This document shows positions 61,413 to 64,000 of a DNA stretch of 64,000 nucleotides, one piece after another; the first letter of the stretch is position 1; each line of letters opens with the position of its first letter. The notes under the pieces are model-generated. The model made no database searches. It was not told where the DNA came from and saw only the letters and a program-made list of their open reading frames with translations. Made by a program: the position numbers and the translations under genes. Source of the stretch: Pelagomonas calceolata (lineage: Eukaryota); assembly GCA_918797485.1 (NCBI GenBank), contig CAKKNE010000005.1, positions 4,836,001 to 4,900,000 of the forward strand, read 5' to 3'.

Positions 61413-62660
61413 GGCGCCCTTTAAGCGCTGGACCTCGTCCGTTGCAATGAACAGCGAAGAGTGGGCGTCCTTTCTCTCTTGCCCAAGGAGAGCGGGCCTG
61501 GCTTGCGCCTGCGTACAGACCGCCGCCCCTCCAGCGGACCGGCGCTCCTATGAGGGGGGTAGCTAGGTAGGAATATGCTGTACGTTGGTTTTGATGTCCA
61601 GCAGCTGGCTTGGCGGTGCTGCCGGCCATGCCCGCAGCGGGGCTTTGGCGTGGGGGCTCCTTATGATGTCGTCGGGTCCCATGCAAAGCGGGCTGCCATA
61701 TAATTGCGATGCTGCTTTGATCTCCTAATTAGCTGCCGACGGCGCCTAATTCACGCTAAAAACCGAGCATTTGAAAAATACGCTATCGGCGCGAGGGAGA
61801 GCCGCTTGGAGCCCTGGGCGCCCGAGACACGGACTCCTAGGAAAATTTAGATAAATCTCGGCGACCCCCAATTTTTACACCCCCTTCGCTTCGCCTTCCA
61901 GGGCTCCTCAGCGTCAATTATCGTTCACAGGGACGGATAGTACCCTCGGCTGCCCTCGCGTAACTTGGATTTGGTCGTTTCGGTGCTTTTAGTCGACTGC
62001 GAGACGGTCCCGCCCGAGACACATAATACGACACTATCTCCAGATTCTCGAGCGCTCGAACGCGGCCGCAGTGTCCGGGGGTACCCCACGCATGTGCCCG
62101 AGCCGTTTCCGTCTTTCGTGCATGCCGTCTAGCGATGGGGTGTAGGTCGCACCGCGGGGCGGTACGCCGAAAGTAATCTCAGCGACAGAATTGGTGCAGA
62201 TAGCTGCCCCTGCGCGTTCCACTGGCTTCAGTACCTTCTCGGGCAGCCTCGGCTCAGCAAAAGTTTTTCGCGGGGAGCCTCGCGCGGCCCGCTAAGGTGC
62301 GTCGAAGGGCCGAACTTCAGGCCAGCTTTTCTCGGCCGCTACAGGCGCACACTTGTCACGGCCAACGCGGCTGGGTAGCCCTGGCTATGGGCTTTCCAGC
62401 GCACCAGCCCGTGACAAGTGTGCACCCGATGGGGCTGAGCACTGGACGTGTTTTGCCCCCAGTGGCGCCAGCTCTAGACTCAGTGGCGCTCCTCGAAGCC
62501 TGGACGCTGCACCAAAAGCTGCCAGCCGCAGCAACTCTCGCGCCGGGACGCCTCCGAGCCCTATCTGACTGCTCGTGAGGAAAAGAACAGCCCACATTTC
62601 GTGCGGGTACACGCAGCCCGAAGCTTTTGCGCGCATCCAAAGGGCTGCCCAGAGAGCAGG

Positions 62661-63875
62661 ATGCCCGCCGAAGAGGCGGCGACGAGCGACAAAAAGCCGA
62701 AGCAGAATGGCTGGCGGGCGCTCCTTCGCGCGCGGCGGCGCCGCGAGAAGCGGGAGAAGCGGCAGGAGATGATGATCAACCACAAGCCGAGCCTCTTCCG
62801 CTGGCCCACGCGGGCTCTTCCAGCGGTGGCCGGCTGCCGCACGGAGCCCCACAAGCCGTGTTGCGTCAGCTGCGACCAGAACGTCGGCTCGCATTTGGTC
62901 CTCGACCTTGGTGCTCGGCTGCTGGCGACGAGATCCGCATTCCAAGCGATCGAGGTCTTCGACACGGAGGCTTTCGGCCACGTGATGACCATCGACGGCG
63001 ATCTGCAGCTTACGGAGCTCGACGAGTGCCACTACCACGAGATGATGGTCCACGTGCCGCTCGCCTCGAGAAAACCCGGCGCCGGCGCGCCGCGCGTGTT
63101 GATCATCGGCGGCGGCGACGGCGGCTGCGCGCGCGAGGCGCTGCGCTGGCCCGGCGCGACCGTCACGCTCGTCGACATCGACGCCGCCGTCCTCGACGCC
63201 GCGCGGCGCTTCTTCCCGGCGTGCGCCGCGGGCCTCGACGACCCGCGCACGGAAGTTCACGTTTCAGACGGCGCCGCGTTCGCGGCGGCGGCGGCTGCGC
63301 GCGGCGACACCTACGACCTCGTCATCTGCGACTCGACGGATTGTAGCGCAGCAGAACGAGCGTCCGGGACGCTCTACACGGACGCCTTTTTCGTCTCAGT
63401 CGCGGCGCTCGTAGCGCCGGGCGGCTTCTTCTGTAGAAATTATACAAGTCTGCTCCTGTGCACATGGAAATCAAAATTTCACGGCGCGTTCGCTGAATCG
63501 TCGCGTCGACCTCCACGCCATCGACGCGACGCCTGCTCGACGGCGTGTGCACCCGACGCACTGTTTGATTTCCACACAGGTCTCCTCTGGAATACTGATG
63601 AAGCCGCAGCGACGCTGCCCCGCTACGCCGCGCATTTCGCGCACGCTAGCCCTTTTGTATGGAATCAACCGACATACTCGTCGGGCTCCTACTCGGCCCT
63701 CCTCTGCGGCGCCGCCGCGCCGTGCGCGACGCGTGACCTCGCCGCCATCGCCGCGACCCTCGGCGAGACGGACTACTGGACGCCCGCGGTTCACCGCGCA
63801 GCATTCGCTCTCCCCGCATTCGTGGCGCGCCGCATGAGTCCCTCAGCGCCCCCCGCGCCGCCCAACGAGTCCTAG
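62661..63875 (+). CDS. speE: Spermidine synthase (aminopropyltransferase); exons 62661-63447, 63580-63875
   Basis: SAFQAIEV..FGHVMTIDGDLQLTELDE..YHEMMVH, VLIIGGGDGG, VDID, YDLVICDSTD, PTY, HRAAFALP. Confidence 0.9.
   Translation: MPAEEAATSDKKPKQNGWRALLRARRRREKREKRQEMMINHKPSLFRWPTRALPAVAGCRTEPHKPCCVSCDQNVGSHLVLDLGARLLATRSAFQAIEVFDTEAFGHVMTIDGDLQLTELDECHYHEMMVHVPLASRKPGAGAPRVLIIGGGDGGCAREALRWPGATVTLVDIDAAVLDAARRFFPACAAGLDDPRTEVHVSDGAAFAAAAAARGDTYDLVICDSTDCSAAERASGTLYTDAFFVSVAALVAPGGFFCRNYTSLLLCTWKSKFHGAFAESSRRPPRHRRDACSTACAPDALFDFHTGLLWNTDEAAATLPRYAAHFAHASPFVWNQPTYSSGSYSALLCGAAAPCATRDLAAIAATLGETDYWTPAVHRAAFALPAFVARRMSPSAPPAPPNES
63456..63579. mobile_element. Introner; intron 63448-63579 (plus, GT), 132 nt and stop-free
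   Basis: TIRs present (4-nt insertion in the left TIR); TSD gtctgctc/gtctcctc. Confidence 0.92.
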
Positions 63876-63900
63876 TAGCACTATAACAAAATTAAAAAAC

Positions 63901-64000
63901 TCAGAGCGTCGGCGTCGCGAGAGCGAGTTCCTCCTGGGCGTCGGTTTGAACGAGGGCGCGCGCCGGCGTGTTGAGGCGGAAGACGGCCCCCGCGTCGCCA
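63901..64000 (-). CDS. 3' end of a gene entering from beyond the window
   Basis: Open frame GDAGAVFRLNTPARALVQTDAQEELALATPTL* with TGA at 63901-63903. Confidence 0.45.
   Translation of the reverse strand, partial: GDAGAVFRLNTPARALVQTDAQEELALATPTL

Noticed and set aside
60331..61686. 451-aa ORF overlapping the EGF gene
   Set aside because: Frame-shifted shadow of the real Cys-rich frame.

Overview
Gene-dense, very GC-rich eukaryotic nuclear DNA, most consistent with a pelagophyte alga (Pelagomonas/Aureococcus-like; inferred from plastid-targeted genes, introner-type introns and a selenoprotein). About 38 protein-coding genes are supported, including VPS34, GUF1/LepA, FNR, GLYK, WSS1, a WRN-type exonuclease, an OSCA channel, three AIM24 paralogs, an ABCG transporter, an ALDH and a spermidine synthase. 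No rRNA, tRNA or CRISPR was recognised. Main signals: (1) 16 copies of a non-autonomous DNA transposon (TIR CTGTGTGGAAATCAA...TTGATTTCCACACAG, 8-bp TSD). Each splices out as a frame-restoring intron, with the donor GT/GC taken from the TSD and the acceptor AG from the TIR. Most of the 8 other introns carry the same internal motif and look like decayed copies. (2) A ShKT-glutathione peroxidase with an in-frame TGA (Sec) and an atypical SECIS. (3) A bipartite GCTAGCG-N-TAAGACACTAG motif in about 15 intergenic regions, nearly all upstream of genes. (4) A short dispersed repeat at gene 3' ends, with 15-bp flanking direct repeats at two sites. (5) Unusual fusions: PanE-like plus aminotransferase, FetB-FetA, degenerate Arf plus membrane domain, and a Cys-rich ectodomain plus ABCG. 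Exon structures were deduced by hand from frame restoration. Product calls come from recognised motifs, not database searches.
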